A DNA stretch of 64,000 nucleotides from NCBI GenBank assembly GCA_965208835.1, contig OZ242358.1, positions 2,272,001 to 2,336,000 on the forward strand. The letters run 5' to 3'. The position numbers and the translations under genes were made by a program. The notes beneath the pieces are model-generated. The model was not told the origin of the DNA and did no database searches. It saw nothing but the letters and a program-made list of their open reading frames with translations. Every line of letters begins with the position of its first letter. Positions within the stretch are counted from its first letter, which is position 1. Shown in pieces: positions 47,983 to 58,400 of this stretch. The DNA is from Candidatus Latescibacterota bacterium. Its GTDB lineage: Bacteria > Latescibacterota > UBA2968 > GCA-2709665.

Positions 47983-48011
47983 TTGACGAGGTGGTCGCGA
48001 TTCCATATATT
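47983..48011 (+). promoter_or_regulatory. Sigma70-type promoter
   Basis: TTGACG-17 bp-TATATT in an AT-rich patch. Confidence 0.6.
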
Positions 48012-48065
48012 AAATTATTAGTAGATATGGTGAGGAGGAAGGGATGCTTCGCCAGACGGGCTGAC

Positions 48066-48395
48066 CAACCCTTCGACAATCCTTCGGCAGGCTCAGGACA
48101 ACGGCTCAGGGAGAGGCCAGGGAGACCGGCACGAATCCAGCCGAAGAACGAACCGTTATGCTGCATTTCATTTCTGACCGAATGCCTGACGCTTGGGAAT
48201 GACCCCATGCTGCAGTAGATCCTTCGTCGGCCCCGGGGGGCCTCCTCTGGATGACAGCGGGACCCAGCTCGCTTGACTATCGGCCAACATGTCACTCTGA
48301 GCGCGCATGCCTCCTCAGCATAACAGCCCAGACGAACACTTGAAGGATATATTTCACCAGTGGTTTTTGATATTCATGCCATTCTGAGCGCAGTG
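48066..48395. repeat. Cluster of degenerate REP-like palindromic units
   Basis: CCCTTCGACA..GGCTCAGG, AGATCCTTCG..GGATGACA, TGTCACTCTGAGCG, CATTCTGAGCGCAG. Confidence 0.5.
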
Positions 48396-48440
48396 GAGTC
48401 GCGCCAGCCATAGCGTAAGCCTCACATTAGGAGGTGTAAA

Positions 48441-49976
48441 ATGAAGACCGTTAACCTCACCCTATTCGCGCTGCTCCTGCCTGGGACGACAATGGCGAAA
48501 GCGACGCTGACGTTGGACGGCGCTTCCACCGACAGTACGATTACCATCAACTACGTCGTCCCTGAGTCATCGCACGTACAGGTGAGGATCGGATCAACCG
48601 GGGGCATACTCGCAGCACCCCAATACGGATTCCAGGCGCAGGGGGACTACACGATCGTACAGGATAAATCGGGATTTCCCAGGGGCGATTACCTTGTACA
48701 GCTGATATTGGATCGTGATCGCGACAGGGTCAGCCGGCGGAGCTTCCTTCATAGTCCTTCAGGGAGGCCGATCGCACGGTCCAGGCCAGCGCTCAACCTC
48801 TATAATCAATCTTTTATCAGCACCATGTTCGACCCGAATAAGTCGGTAAAACTGTGGAACGAACTTCTGACCCGGTTTCCCGACTACGCGGACAGGGGTA
48901 CAGCGCATCTATATTCAATCCCGGCCAGAATGTCGGCGACAGACAGTATCGACGTCCACGCTGCCGCGGACAGCGCCGCAGCGTTGTACCCGTATCCCGG
49001 GACATATCTGACCATCGGCCGTTTCCTGAGCGGGCTGGAAGTACCGGCCAGCGTAAAGGTGAGGTACCCGGAATCTGCGTTAAAATTCGCTGAAAGGGCC
49101 GTAAAGCACATAGGCGATGTACCGGAGCCCTACCGCAACGAGGCGCTCTATGGCTGCCTGCATCTCAGGGCTTACTGCCTGCAGCTCCTCGACAGGTTCG
49201 ATGAGGCCGAAACGGCTTACAGCGAAGCCATCAAGACGCTCATGTCGTTGGAGGGTATGGGTTCTTATACGGATTTCCTGCAGGGCGTCTGGGCGTACCA
49301 GGGTCTTGCATCGCTTAACGAACAGCAAGGCAGGTACAAAGACGCGATTGAACTTTACGAGAAGGCCGTCAGGGCAAAACCGAGGGATCCCGAACTCTGG
49401 ATGGCCTTGCAGCGCAATTTCAACCTCGCTCATGGGTCCGACACCGGCTATGAGGCATACAGCAGGAAACTGGAGGCCGAGATACCTGGTGGCGCGCCTG
49501 AACACCAGGACGACTTGGTCGGGAAACCGCTTCCTGGATTTGTGCTGACGCAATTGGGAGGGGGCACATTGACCCTGGAACAGGTCATGGGAAACGTGAG
49601 TGTTCTGAACTTCTGGGCGTTCTGGTGCGGGCCCTGCATGGCGGAGTTGCCCGTTATTGCCCGACTCGCGAGAGAAACTTCGGGGAGTGGAGTGAAGGTG
49701 ATCGCCGTTCACACCCCTCTTGAATCCGTTCCAGGCATTTCGAAAGACCAGGTCCCAAAGCTCGTTCGAAATACCGCAAGCAAGTACGGGGGCACGTTCG
49801 AAGTCGTATGGGACAGTAAGGAACAGAGTCTCTATGTGCAGACCGGGACAAAATCCCTGCCCGTAACGATCGTCGCGGACAAAGAGGGGATTGTCCGATA
49901 TAGGATGGTCGGCTTCGATCCGGAGAACGCATACCGGAAATTAAAGGCCGTCGTGGACAGTCTCAATGCCCTTTAG
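48441..49976 (+). CDS. Secreted TPR-containing TlpA/redoxin-domain protein
   Basis: Signal peptide; Ig-like N-region; TPR-like helices (AIELYEKAVRAKP); NFWAFWCGPC thioredoxin motif; AGGAGG RBS. Confidence 0.82.
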   Translation: MKTVNLTLFALLLPGTTMAKATLTLDGASTDSTITINYVVPESSHVQVRIGSTGGILAAPQYGFQAQGDYTIVQDKSGFPRGDYLVQLILDRDRDRVSRRSFLHSPSGRPIARSRPALNLYNQSFISTMFDPNKSVKLWNELLTRFPDYADRGTAHLYSIPARMSATDSIDVHAAADSAAALYPYPGTYLTIGRFLSGLEVPASVKVRYPESALKFAERAVKHIGDVPEPYRNEALYGCLHLRAYCLQLLDRFDEAETAYSEAIKTLMSLEGMGSYTDFLQGVWAYQGLASLNEQQGRYKDAIELYEKAVRAKPRDPELWMALQRNFNLAHGSDTGYEAYSRKLEAEIPGGAPEHQDDLVGKPLPGFVLTQLGGGTLTLEQVMGNVSVLNFWAFWCGPCMAELPVIARLARETSGSGVKVIAVHTPLESVPGISKDQVPKLVRNTASKYGGTFEVVWDSKEQSLYVQTGTKSLPVTIVADKEGIVRYRMVGFDPENAYRKLKAVVDSLNAL

Positions 49977-50060
49977 GCGATGCCTCGATAGGCCGCGTCA
50001 CGGTCGGCTGCAATCGCGGTGATTCGATCATCACCACACCCGCGCGATGGACTGCATGGC

Positions 50061-50082
50061 CAGGTTTCAAACCTGCCCCTGC
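50061..50082 (-). repeat. GTAG-class REP-like palindrome (degenerate)
   Basis: Reverse complement GCAGGGGCAGGTTTGAAACCTG matches the copy at 60536. Confidence 0.55.
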
Positions 50083-50297
50083 CGTTTGTCCGTGACGTAA
50101 CGTATTGGTGCGGAACCGATTTTCCCGGCAGGCGTTAAATCCAATGTGGACCGATCTGAAGACCGATTAGTCGCCAACAGGCCTGTATTCTCGCCAACCG
50201 TCCGAAGGCGATCGAGACGCGGTTTCGTTGCCCGATCCGACTGTCGCAATTTGCGACACCCGGGGGTCTCCGAGAAACATCAAGGAAAAACGCGCCA

Positions 50298-50672
50298 CTG
50301 AGAACAATTCCCAGGATTATTTGTCTATGGCTACCCTTTACCGCATTTACAGCGGCCGGAATCGGGGCGGAGACCGCCTCCCCGCTGCTGCAGGCCATAC
50401 GAGAGGAATTGAACCGCTCCGTTGACCTGCTCAAACGGCAGCCGGTCCCGCCCCATTTTCTGAGTTATGAGATCACGGAAACGCATGTCGGAAATACCGT
50501 CCCCATACGGTCCGAGGATACCTCCTCGCCATTTTCCGGGGGGTTGTGGACGTCTGGTTCTCGTCGGTATCGTCCCCCCCGGATGATTCTGTTCGAGGAC
50601 ATCACGCTGAAGTCGCCCACCGGCGAGGTCGCCAAACCGCCGGTTTCCCTGCATCCCTTCTTCGGTGGATGA
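50298..50672 (+). pseudogene. Internally deleted remnant of a secreted TldD/PmbA-related protein
   Basis: Frame reads signal-like LRTIPRIICLWLPFTAFTAAGIGA, then PLLQAIREELNRSVDLLKRQPVPPHFLSYEITE, joined shortly after to a C-terminal-like MILFEDITLK..KPPVSLHPF. Confidence 0.5.
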
Positions 50673-50715
50673 GTACAGGCCGTTCCGCGAACGGGCGCCA
50701 TCTTGCAATATTGGT

Positions 50716-51720
50716 TCAGACGCCGGTGAACGCTTTGGCCTTGTCCTCCGTTCTGGACGGCCGCGTCTGGCGTTTGCCACGCAACTCGCCCCACAGGGCG
50801 ATCGCGATACCTGTAAGGATGATGCCGCCGCCAATGAGCTGCGCGGGCATGGGCACCTCGCCCAGGATGAGACCGGCGAAGAGCACGCCGGCCACCGGCG
50901 AGAAGGACGACGCGGTGGCGATGTCGGCGGGACCCACGCGTTTGATGCCGGCAAACCACGCCAGCTGCCCGCAGGCGACCACGATCCCGCCGTAGAGGAC
51001 CATCCAGCCCCACAGCACCGGCGAGAAGATGTCGGCGAAGTGCTCGATGCCGAACAGGTAGAGCCCGATTGCGAGGAAGAAGATTGCGCCCAGCAGGTTG
51101 CGGTAGACGCTGAAGATGCCCAGGGGGATCGTCTGAAGCTGCTTTCGACCGATTTCCGCGCCGCACACCAGCAGTACGGTCGCAGCCGCCGCAAAGACCT
51201 CACCGCTGCCCGCGCCGCCCCGCATCCGCGCCGCCGCCATGCTTTCCGGCGACGCGTCCATCTGCAGCACAAGCGTTGTCGCCACGCCCCCGACGGCGCA
51301 CAATGCGCCGAATACGGCCGTTCCGCTCGATTTCTCCCGATAGAACAGCCAGGCCAGCAAAAGGACAAGCGGGATTTCTATCGTCTCGATCAGGACGATA
51401 TTGGTGACCGAGGTGCGCGCGATGGCCGTAAACATCAGGGCAGGCGCGACCGCACCCGATGTAAGGGCCAGCACGGTTTGTACCAGCCACTGGCGGCGCG
51501 ACAGCCTGCGCAGGCGGGCGGGGCGCCATTCCCGGTGATTGAGGCCGAACAGGGTCAGCGCCGCCACGAGATTGCCCGCGAAGAGCAGATTGCAGAATGA
51601 AATCGGATTACGGCCGTCGATCAGATGCGCCTGTCCGATATCCACCAGCCGCGCCACCACCGACGCGGCGGCGGCGAAGATCAATATCGCTATCCACAGA
51701 TAGATTCGTCCCAGGGTCAT
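50716..51720 (-). CDS. DMT/EamA family transporter
   Basis: About 10 TM segments in two repeats; LILGEVP..AQLIGG. Confidence 0.88.
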   Translation of the reverse strand: MTLGRIYLWIAILIFAAAASVVARLVDIGQAHLIDGRNPISFCNLLFAGNLVAALTLFGLNHREWRPARLRRLSRRQWLVQTVLALTSGAVAPALMFTAIARTSVTNIVLIETIEIPLVLLLAWLFYREKSSGTAVFGALCAVGGVATTLVLQMDASPESMAAARMRGGAGSGEVFAAAATVLLVCGAEIGRKQLQTIPLGIFSVYRNLLGAIFFLAIGLYLFGIEHFADIFSPVLWGWMVLYGGIVVACGQLAWFAGIKRVGPADIATASSFSPVAGVLFAGLILGEVPMPAQLIGGGIILTGIAIALWGELRGKRQTRPSRTEDKAKAFTGV

Positions 51721-51914
51721 CGGGCCTCCAGACTGTTCGGGTCGAACGCCTCTCCCGTCGCGCGCACGATCACGATCGCATCGGGTGCGCGCAACACACG
51801 TATGTTCCGGTGTTTTCTCCCGCTTGACGCAGGTCAATCCGGGCTCTTTATTGTACCCAATACCGTGTTTCCACGCAATCGGGTAATCTCCAGAACAAAG
51901 ATAAGAGGATGCCA

Positions 51915-52298
51915 ATGAGCCGGACACACGCCGCGAAACTGACTGGAATGAGCCCTCAGTTCCTGGTCGCCGATCTGGACCGGTCGATCGAATTCTACAC
52001 GGGGCAACTCGGGTTCGACCTGGACTTCCGGTACGAGCACTTCTACGCGGGAATCGTACGAGACGGTCACTCCATCCATCTGAAGCTCGCCGACGCGCCG
52101 GGCGACGAGAGGGAATTCCGCCGCGAACACGAGCACCTGGACATTACGTTTACGGTGGACGATATCCAAACCGCGTATGAGGATGTGCAAAACCGGTCCG
52201 TTCCGGTCATTCAGCCACTACGTGAGATGCCCTACGGTCGTGAATTCTACGTATCGGATCCCGACGGGTATATCCTGGCCTTTGTCGAGACAGTATGA
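51915..52298 (+). CDS. VOC/bleomycin-resistance family protein
   Basis: VADLDRSIEFY..LGF, EMPYGREFYVSDPDG. Confidence 0.88.
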   Translation: MSRTHAAKLTGMSPQFLVADLDRSIEFYTGQLGFDLDFRYEHFYAGIVRDGHSIHLKLADAPGDEREFRREHEHLDITFTVDDIQTAYEDVQNRSVPVIQPLREMPYGREFYVSDPDGYILAFVETV

Positions 52299-52381
52299 CC
52301 CGGGCGCCGGCCTGTCGTTAGCGGGAACGAGGACGAGCTTCAGACGGTTGACATCGGACTTGACATCGTCGATGGATTTTC

Positions 52382-52404
52382 CTATACGTATAATACACGT
52401 ATAG
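52382..52404. promoter_or_regulatory. Palindromic operator overlapping the -10 box of the TA promoter
   Basis: CTATACGT-N7-ACGTATAG perfect IR containing TATAAT (52389-52394); TTGACATCG occurs twice upstream (52348, 52360). Confidence 0.65.
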
Positions 52405-52439
52405 TTGTTTCCCGTGCCGTCTGAATAGGAGAAATACAT

Positions 52440-52670
52440 ATGCGCAAGAAGCTGACCATCACCGTTGACGAAGAAGTGTATGAAGGTTTGCATCAGGTGA
52501 TCGGCCGCCGCCGCATCAGCCGCTTCGTCGAAACGCTGGTCCGCCCGCACGTGCTTCGCCCCGACCTCAAGCAGGCATATGCAGATATGGCGCGCGATGA
52601 AGAACGGGAAGCCGAAGCCGCGGAATGGGCGGAAGAGACCGTGGGAGACGCATTCGATGCGCCGAGGTGA
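52440..52670 (+). CDS. Type II antitoxin (RHH-like)
   Basis: [21 protein letters not shown]-terminus, acidic tail; overlaps the toxin start. Confidence 0.85.
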   Translation: MRKKLTITVDEEVYEGLHQVIGRRRISRFVETLVRPHVLRPDLKQAYADMARDEEREAEAAEWAEETVGDAFDAPR

Positions 52671-52977
52671 AGTATGGTGGGTGGATTTCAACCCGTCCAT
52701 CGGTGGCGAAGTCCGCAAGAGACGCCCCGCGATTATCGTCAGTAACGACGCATCCAACAGGCATCTGAATCGTGTTCAGGTTGTGCCGTTAACGAGCAAT
52801 CTCGATCGCCTCTATCCCAGTGAAGCCTATGTGTCTGTCCGTGAAGAAAGAAGCAAGGCGATGGCCGATCAGTTGTCAACGGTCAGCAAACACCGGTTGA
52901 GCACGCTTAAGGGGCGTATCTCCGTTTCGGATATGGACGGCGTCGAACGCGCGATAAGGATACAGTTAGGCATGTGA
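52657..52977 (+). CDS. PemK/MazF family endoribonuclease toxin
   Basis: [46 protein letters not shown]. Confidence 0.93.
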   Translation: MRRGEVWWVDFNPSIGGEVRKRRPAIIVSNDASNRHLNRVQVVPLTSNLDRLYPSEAYVSVREERSKAMADQLSTVSKHRLSTLKGRISVSDMDGVERAIRIQLGM

Positions 52978-53111
52978 TGTCAATGGCGCACGTGTATCGT
53001 GTATATTGTATAGAGTCTCAATTGGTCGGGATCGGCGGGTGAATGAACGCCACACGCCGGCATCGGCCGGTGACGTTCACAATCGGGAAACAAAGGAGGA
53101 AGTCAAACACG

Positions 53112-54338
53112 ATGGCGACGATCAATTCCAACTACAACAAACTCTCAGCCGGCTATCTGTTCCCGGAAATCGCGAGGCGGACAGGAGCATACCTCGAAGA
53201 TCATCCCAATGTCAATGTGATGCGACTGGGAATCGGAAACACGACGGAGCCGCTGCCTCCAAGCGTGATTGCCGGTTTGCATCAGGCCGTGGCAAACCTC
53301 GCGGCCGTCGAGACCTATAGCGGTTACGCGGACGGGAGCGAAGGGGAATTGCCTCTCAGAGAGGCGATCGCGAGCCGATATGCGGAGCGCGGCGTCACAC
53401 TTGATCCGGAAGAGATATTCGTGAGCGACGGCGGAAAGCCCGATTCCGCGAATATTCAGTCCATTTTCGGCCTGGACAACGTGGTGGCGGTCCAGGACCC
53501 GGCCTATCCCGTCTACGTGGACAGCAACGTGATCGCCGGACGTACCGGGAACGCCGCGGAGGGACAGTACGACGGAATCGTCTACATGCCCTGTACCGAG
53601 GCGAACGGCTTCTTTCCTGATCTGCCTGCGGACAAAGTGGACCTGATCTACATTTGCAGTCCGAACAATCCGATCGGTTCCGTTGCAACCGGGAGTCAGC
53701 TGCAGACGTTTGTGGATTATGCACGCGAACACCGGGCCGTGATCATCTTTGACGCGGCATACTGCGCGTACATTTCGGATCCTGAACTGCCGCACAGCAT
53801 TTTTGAGATCGAAGGCGCGAATTCCTGCGCGATCGAAATCAACAGTTTTTCCAAGGATACGGGCTTTACGGGCGTGCGGCTGGGCTGGACGGTGGTCCCC
53901 CGGGAACTGGCCGTGGAAGACGCCGGGCCCGGCGTCGTTAACGGGCTCTGGCGCAGACGGCAGAATACGATGTTCAACGGCACCTCCAATATTGTGCAGG
54001 GCGGCGGCCTGGCTGCGTTTACGGAGGAGGGTAAGGCGGAATGCGCCGGGATGGTCGCCTATTATATGGCCAACGCCGCGCGCATCCGTTCAGGGCTCGA
54101 ACGCATCGGGCTGACGGTCTATGGCGGGGTCCACGCGCCCTATCTCTGGATGAAGACGCCGGGCGGCATGGGTTCGTGGGAATTTTTCGACAAGCTGCTT
54201 TCCGAGGCGCACGTCGTGGGGACGCCGGGGGCCGGATTCGGCCCCAGCGGCGAAGGATTCTTCAGGCTGAGCGCGTTCGGACACCGTGAGGATATCGAGT
54301 CGGCCGTGGAGAGCATCGAGAAGAACCTCAGGCTGTAG
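53112..54338 (+). CDS. dapL: LL-diaminopimelate aminotransferase
   Basis: YLFPEIARR, LGIGNTT, FVSDGGK, DPAYPVYVDS, CSPNNP, SFSK..GFTGVRLG, TPGAGFGPSGEGFFRLSAF. Confidence 0.95.
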   Translation: MATINSNYNKLSAGYLFPEIARRTGAYLEDHPNVNVMRLGIGNTTEPLPPSVIAGLHQAVANLAAVETYSGYADGSEGELPLREAIASRYAERGVTLDPEEIFVSDGGKPDSANIQSIFGLDNVVAVQDPAYPVYVDSNVIAGRTGNAAEGQYDGIVYMPCTEANGFFPDLPADKVDLIYICSPNNPIGSVATGSQLQTFVDYAREHRAVIIFDAAYCAYISDPELPHSIFEIEGANSCAIEINSFSKDTGFTGVRLGWTVVPRELAVEDAGPGVVNGLWRRRQNTMFNGTSNIVQGGGLAAFTEEGKAECAGMVAYYMANAARIRSGLERIGLTVYGGVHAPYLWMKTPGGMGSWEFFDKLLSEAHVVGTPGAGFGPSGEGFFRLSAFGHREDIESAVESIEKNLRL

Positions 54339-54422
54339 TTTCCCGTCTGACCCCGGCTGTCCGGTACCGGGCGCCTCGCGGGCGGGGTTCCCTTGCGGAC
54401 GGGGCGGACAGGAGAGATGGAA

Positions 54423-55379
54423 ATGCGACTGCGGGTCCTTGCTTTCTGTATCTCGTTTGGAATGGCGGCGCCGGGCGTTTCGGAGGAGAAGAAACCGCCG
54501 CCGAAACTTTCGGTTGCTTTCCGCTTTGTCTCGGCTTTCGGACAGAAGGGTGGGGGAGTCGGGCACTTTCATGATGCTTCCGCTATCGCCCTCGATTCGT
54601 TCGGCAACTTCTACGTGGCCGATACGGGGAACGACCGCATCCAGAAGTTCGATGCGGACGGATCGTATGTATCGGAGGTTGGCACCTTCGGCTGGGACCC
54701 CGGTCAATTCAGTCAGCCGGCGGGTGTTGCGGTGGGAAAGGGCGGGCTCGAGGTATGTGTTGCAGACGGGAGAAACAACCGCATCCAGATCTTCAGCCCT
54801 CACTTCCGGCTGCTGGGTGTGGTCGGAGGGCGGGACGTCGACGGTCCGATCCGTCTGGGAACGCTCGGCGGGATCGCGGTTTCCGAAGACGGTGAGATTT
54901 ACGTGTCGGATACTGATTCCGACCAGGTGATACAGATCAGCGATTACAGCCCTATGGAAAACCAGTTCGGGGGTTACGGATACGGCGCCGACCGGCTCAG
55001 GCGTCCTTTGGGACTCGCCGTCGGACAAAAGAGCGAAGTCTACGTCTGTGACAGTGAGAACGATCGGATCGCGGTATTTGACCGGTACGGAAGTTTCAAA
55101 AAAAGCCTGGCGGAAGGGTCGCTATCCGGCCCTGCCGGTGTGTGTACAGGGCCTGAGGACGTACTGTTTGTGGCGGACACCGGACATCACCGCATCGTGG
55201 TCCTGGACCTGCGGACGGGGGACGTGGCCTCGCTGATGGGCGGGCCCGATGCAGGACATCGGCCGGGTACGTTCAGGGGGCCGAAAGACGTAGCTTTCGC
55301 CGCCGGCAGATTCCTGTTTGTTCTGGACGGCGGCAACCATCGCATTCAGAAGTTCGAAATGCTGATCAGGAGAAGGTAG
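54423..55379 (+). CDS. Secreted NHL-repeat beta-propeller protein
   Basis: Six repeats of the type YVADTGNDRIQKF; N-terminal signal peptide. Confidence 0.9.
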   Translation: MRLRVLAFCISFGMAAPGVSEEKKPPPKLSVAFRFVSAFGQKGGGVGHFHDASAIALDSFGNFYVADTGNDRIQKFDADGSYVSEVGTFGWDPGQFSQPAGVAVGKGGLEVCVADGRNNRIQIFSPHFRLLGVVGGRDVDGPIRLGTLGGIAVSEDGEIYVSDTDSDQVIQISDYSPMENQFGGYGYGADRLRRPLGLAVGQKSEVYVCDSENDRIAVFDRYGSFKKSLAEGSLSGPAGVCTGPEDVLFVADTGHHRIVVLDLRTGDVASLMGGPDAGHRPGTFRGPKDVAFAAGRFLFVLDGGNHRIQKFEMLIRRR

Positions 55380-55462
55380 CGGACGTCTGACTCAGGATTC
55401 GGGAGTCGGCAGTAAGGCCGCGGGGTCTCGGAACCCGGTCTTTCGGGCTCCCGACCTTTTGT

Positions 55463-58400
55463 ATGTTCAAGACCTTTCCCATCCTGCAGGTCTTCATGAT
55501 CTGCGCAGGCTTTTTGACCGCGGCGGGTGCGGCGCCGCCCCCGGATCGGTTGACCGTCTTCGATATGGAACGGACCATTCGGTCGGATGGCGGCCGGGGA
55601 CCCTACCGCATTTCGGACCGGCCCATTCTAAGTGATAGCGAAAGGGTCTGGGTGGGGGACAGCCTGCTCGTCAGGGGCCCGGACTACGAACTGGACTACG
55701 TCGACGGATTGCTGCTGCTGGCACGGGAACGGCTCCGCGGCGTCGAGCTTCTGGTCCGGTTCCGGCAGTTGCCCCGGGTGCTCCCGAAGGTTTTCAGGCG
55801 CCGTGAGCAGAACGCGCAACGGGCGCCGGTACGGCAGAACCGGGCCCGTCGCCGATGGCGCCGCGCGGCATCGAAAGCGCCGGAGGCGTACGACGAGGCT
55901 CAGACTCGTCTCGACGTCGGGGGCGCCAAGCGCATTCAGGTCACAGTCGGCGGGAATCGCGATCTCGAACTCAGCCAGGCGTTGCGGGTGCATATAACCG
56001 GACAGATGGCGGACGGCGTCGAAATTACCGCGCTGCTGTCCGACCGGAACCTTCCGTTGGGGTTGGACGGAAGCACCAGAAGCCTGCAGGAGCTGGACCG
56101 CGTGATGTTTCAGGTCCGTTCACGGAAGGCTTCGGCTTCACTCGGCGATCTGGACGTTGCGTTTGACGGCACCACGTTCGGCAGGTATCGCCGCAGGCTC
56201 CACGGCGCGCAATTCGCGTTTTCGTCTTCGGGAACGGACCTGAGGGTTTTCGGGGCCGCCGCCGATGGACGCTGGATCAGCCACCGCCTTCTTCCCGTCG
56301 AAGGATATCAGGGCCCTTACAGGTTGCCCGGTGACGCCGGAGCGCCGGGCGGACGAATCGTTGCGGGTTCGGAACGGGTCTTTCAGGACGGACGTCTGTT
56401 GCGGCGTGGCGAAAGCCAGGACTACGTCGTGGACTATGATATGTCCACAATCACGTTTACGCCCGTCAGGCCGGTAACCGGACAGAGCCGCATTACCGTG
56501 GAATACCAGTACGAGGCGCCCGGGTCCCGACGGCGTCTGATGGGCGCGCGCGGCACGCTCGCGCTATCCGACGACCGGCTGAAGCTGGGGGGCACGTTCA
56601 TACGCGAGGCCGAGCGGGAAGGCCCGGTCACGGGCGCCGGCATCTCGTCACCTCCGTTTCAACCGCTTCGACAGCAGCTGGCTGTGCTGGATGCAGCGTT
56701 TGAACCCGTCGGGGGCGTGCGGCTGGACGGCGAACTGGCAATGAGCCAGGCGCCCACGCAGGCGGACGCGCGTGAGCAGCGGCGGGGCGGGGCATTCAGG
56801 CTGGGACTGGATCTGTGGCCGGACGCGCTTCGCTTGCGCGGGCGTGGCCTCGGGCGGTTTCGGCTGACGGGCGCATACAGGCAGGTCGGCGCACAGTTCC
56901 GCGGGATGGAGAGGTCCGTGAGGGTAACGCGTGAGGGGCGGTGGGGCTGGCGGGCCGACGGGCCGGAAGCCGGAGACCGGACGGGCGAAGTTGCTTTGCA
57001 ATACGCCCTGAGGCCCGGCATCCGTCTCGACGCCGGCTATGGCAGGCGTCACGGAAGGGTGAACGCGGTTCGGCGCGACATCGGGTTGCAGATTTCCGAC
57101 GCGCGGGCGCCGCGGGTGTTCTATCGATTCGACGAGGTGTCGCACGGGTCGGGGATGTTCGCCAGGCATCGGGGCCGCATCCGGGCGCCGGTGCGAGGGA
57201 TTACGCCCGGGTTGCGTTTTGAGTCGGAAACGGCGACCGGGGCGTCGGTTTCTCATTCGACCCTGTTCTACGCCACGGCGCCCGATTCCACCCATCGAGG
57301 GATACGCATGCGGACGGGGGCCGTGGACCTTTCCTCGCGGGTACTGGACGCGCTGGCGTGGACTTCGGAGATTTCGATCCGGAGGATAGGCCTCCTGGAG
57401 CACGCGTGGCAGGACAGCCTCCGGGCCTGGACGACGACCCACCGCGCCTCGATGTCAGGCTGGCGCGGGCTGTCTTTTTCGGGGGAGTACAGCAGGAGCA
57501 GGACGAAATCCCCCCTGCATCCGGCAAGGGGGCGAATGACGGACCTTGGCCGGATAAGATGGGGGTACGACGTCTTGAACGGCGCCGTATCGCACAGATT
57601 CTCCTATCGGATCTCCAGTACCGGGGCGCCGGACAGCCATCCCGTGTTCATCGACGTTGGACGTGGTCGAGGCACGCATGTGTGGGAAGACGTGGACGCC
57701 GACGGACTCCGGGATCCGGAGGAGTTCGTGGCCGACGCGGGTGGCGAGTACGTCAGGTTTTACAGCCCCGTCGTCGGATTCCGGCCTGTGCGTGACGCGG
57801 CTCTGGCCGTCCGGACCGAACTCGTGCTGAAGCGTTTGATGCGATCTCCCGCTGGCGTGTGGCTGCGTCTCCTCTCCGGGCTGTCGCTCGACGTCTCGCT
57901 GGAAGCCGACCGGCAGGCGCCGCCGGGCAATGCCGGCGTGGCGCCCTGGGACCTGTACGGTTTCGGTTCCGGCGCCGGGATGCTCCACGGCAGGCGCGAG
58001 CTGCGCACGCGGCTTTACCTGTTCCGATATGGCCGTCCCGCCACGCTGCGTCTGTCCGCCCGCCAGGGTTCCCGCGCGGACCGGAACTTTACCGACGGCG
58101 CGCTGGAGACGACGTCCCAGGTGGCCGCTCTGGGACGTTTCGCGCTTGGACGGACCTCGTCCCTGCAAATAGAGCTGCACGGTGGGATGCGAGACCGGCC
58201 CGGTGACGGGCCGTTTTTCTACCGGATCCGATCGCGACGGCTTTCCATGAACGGGTATCGGCATCTCCCCAAGTCGTGGCAGACGCGCATGGAACTGTCT
58301 CTTGGCAGGGACCGGGAAGAAAACCGTGCGCTGCTTGCCCGCTTTGTAACGGTACGCCCGGAAATGAGGCGCGCCCTGCCCGGCCGAGGGCGGATGCGGA

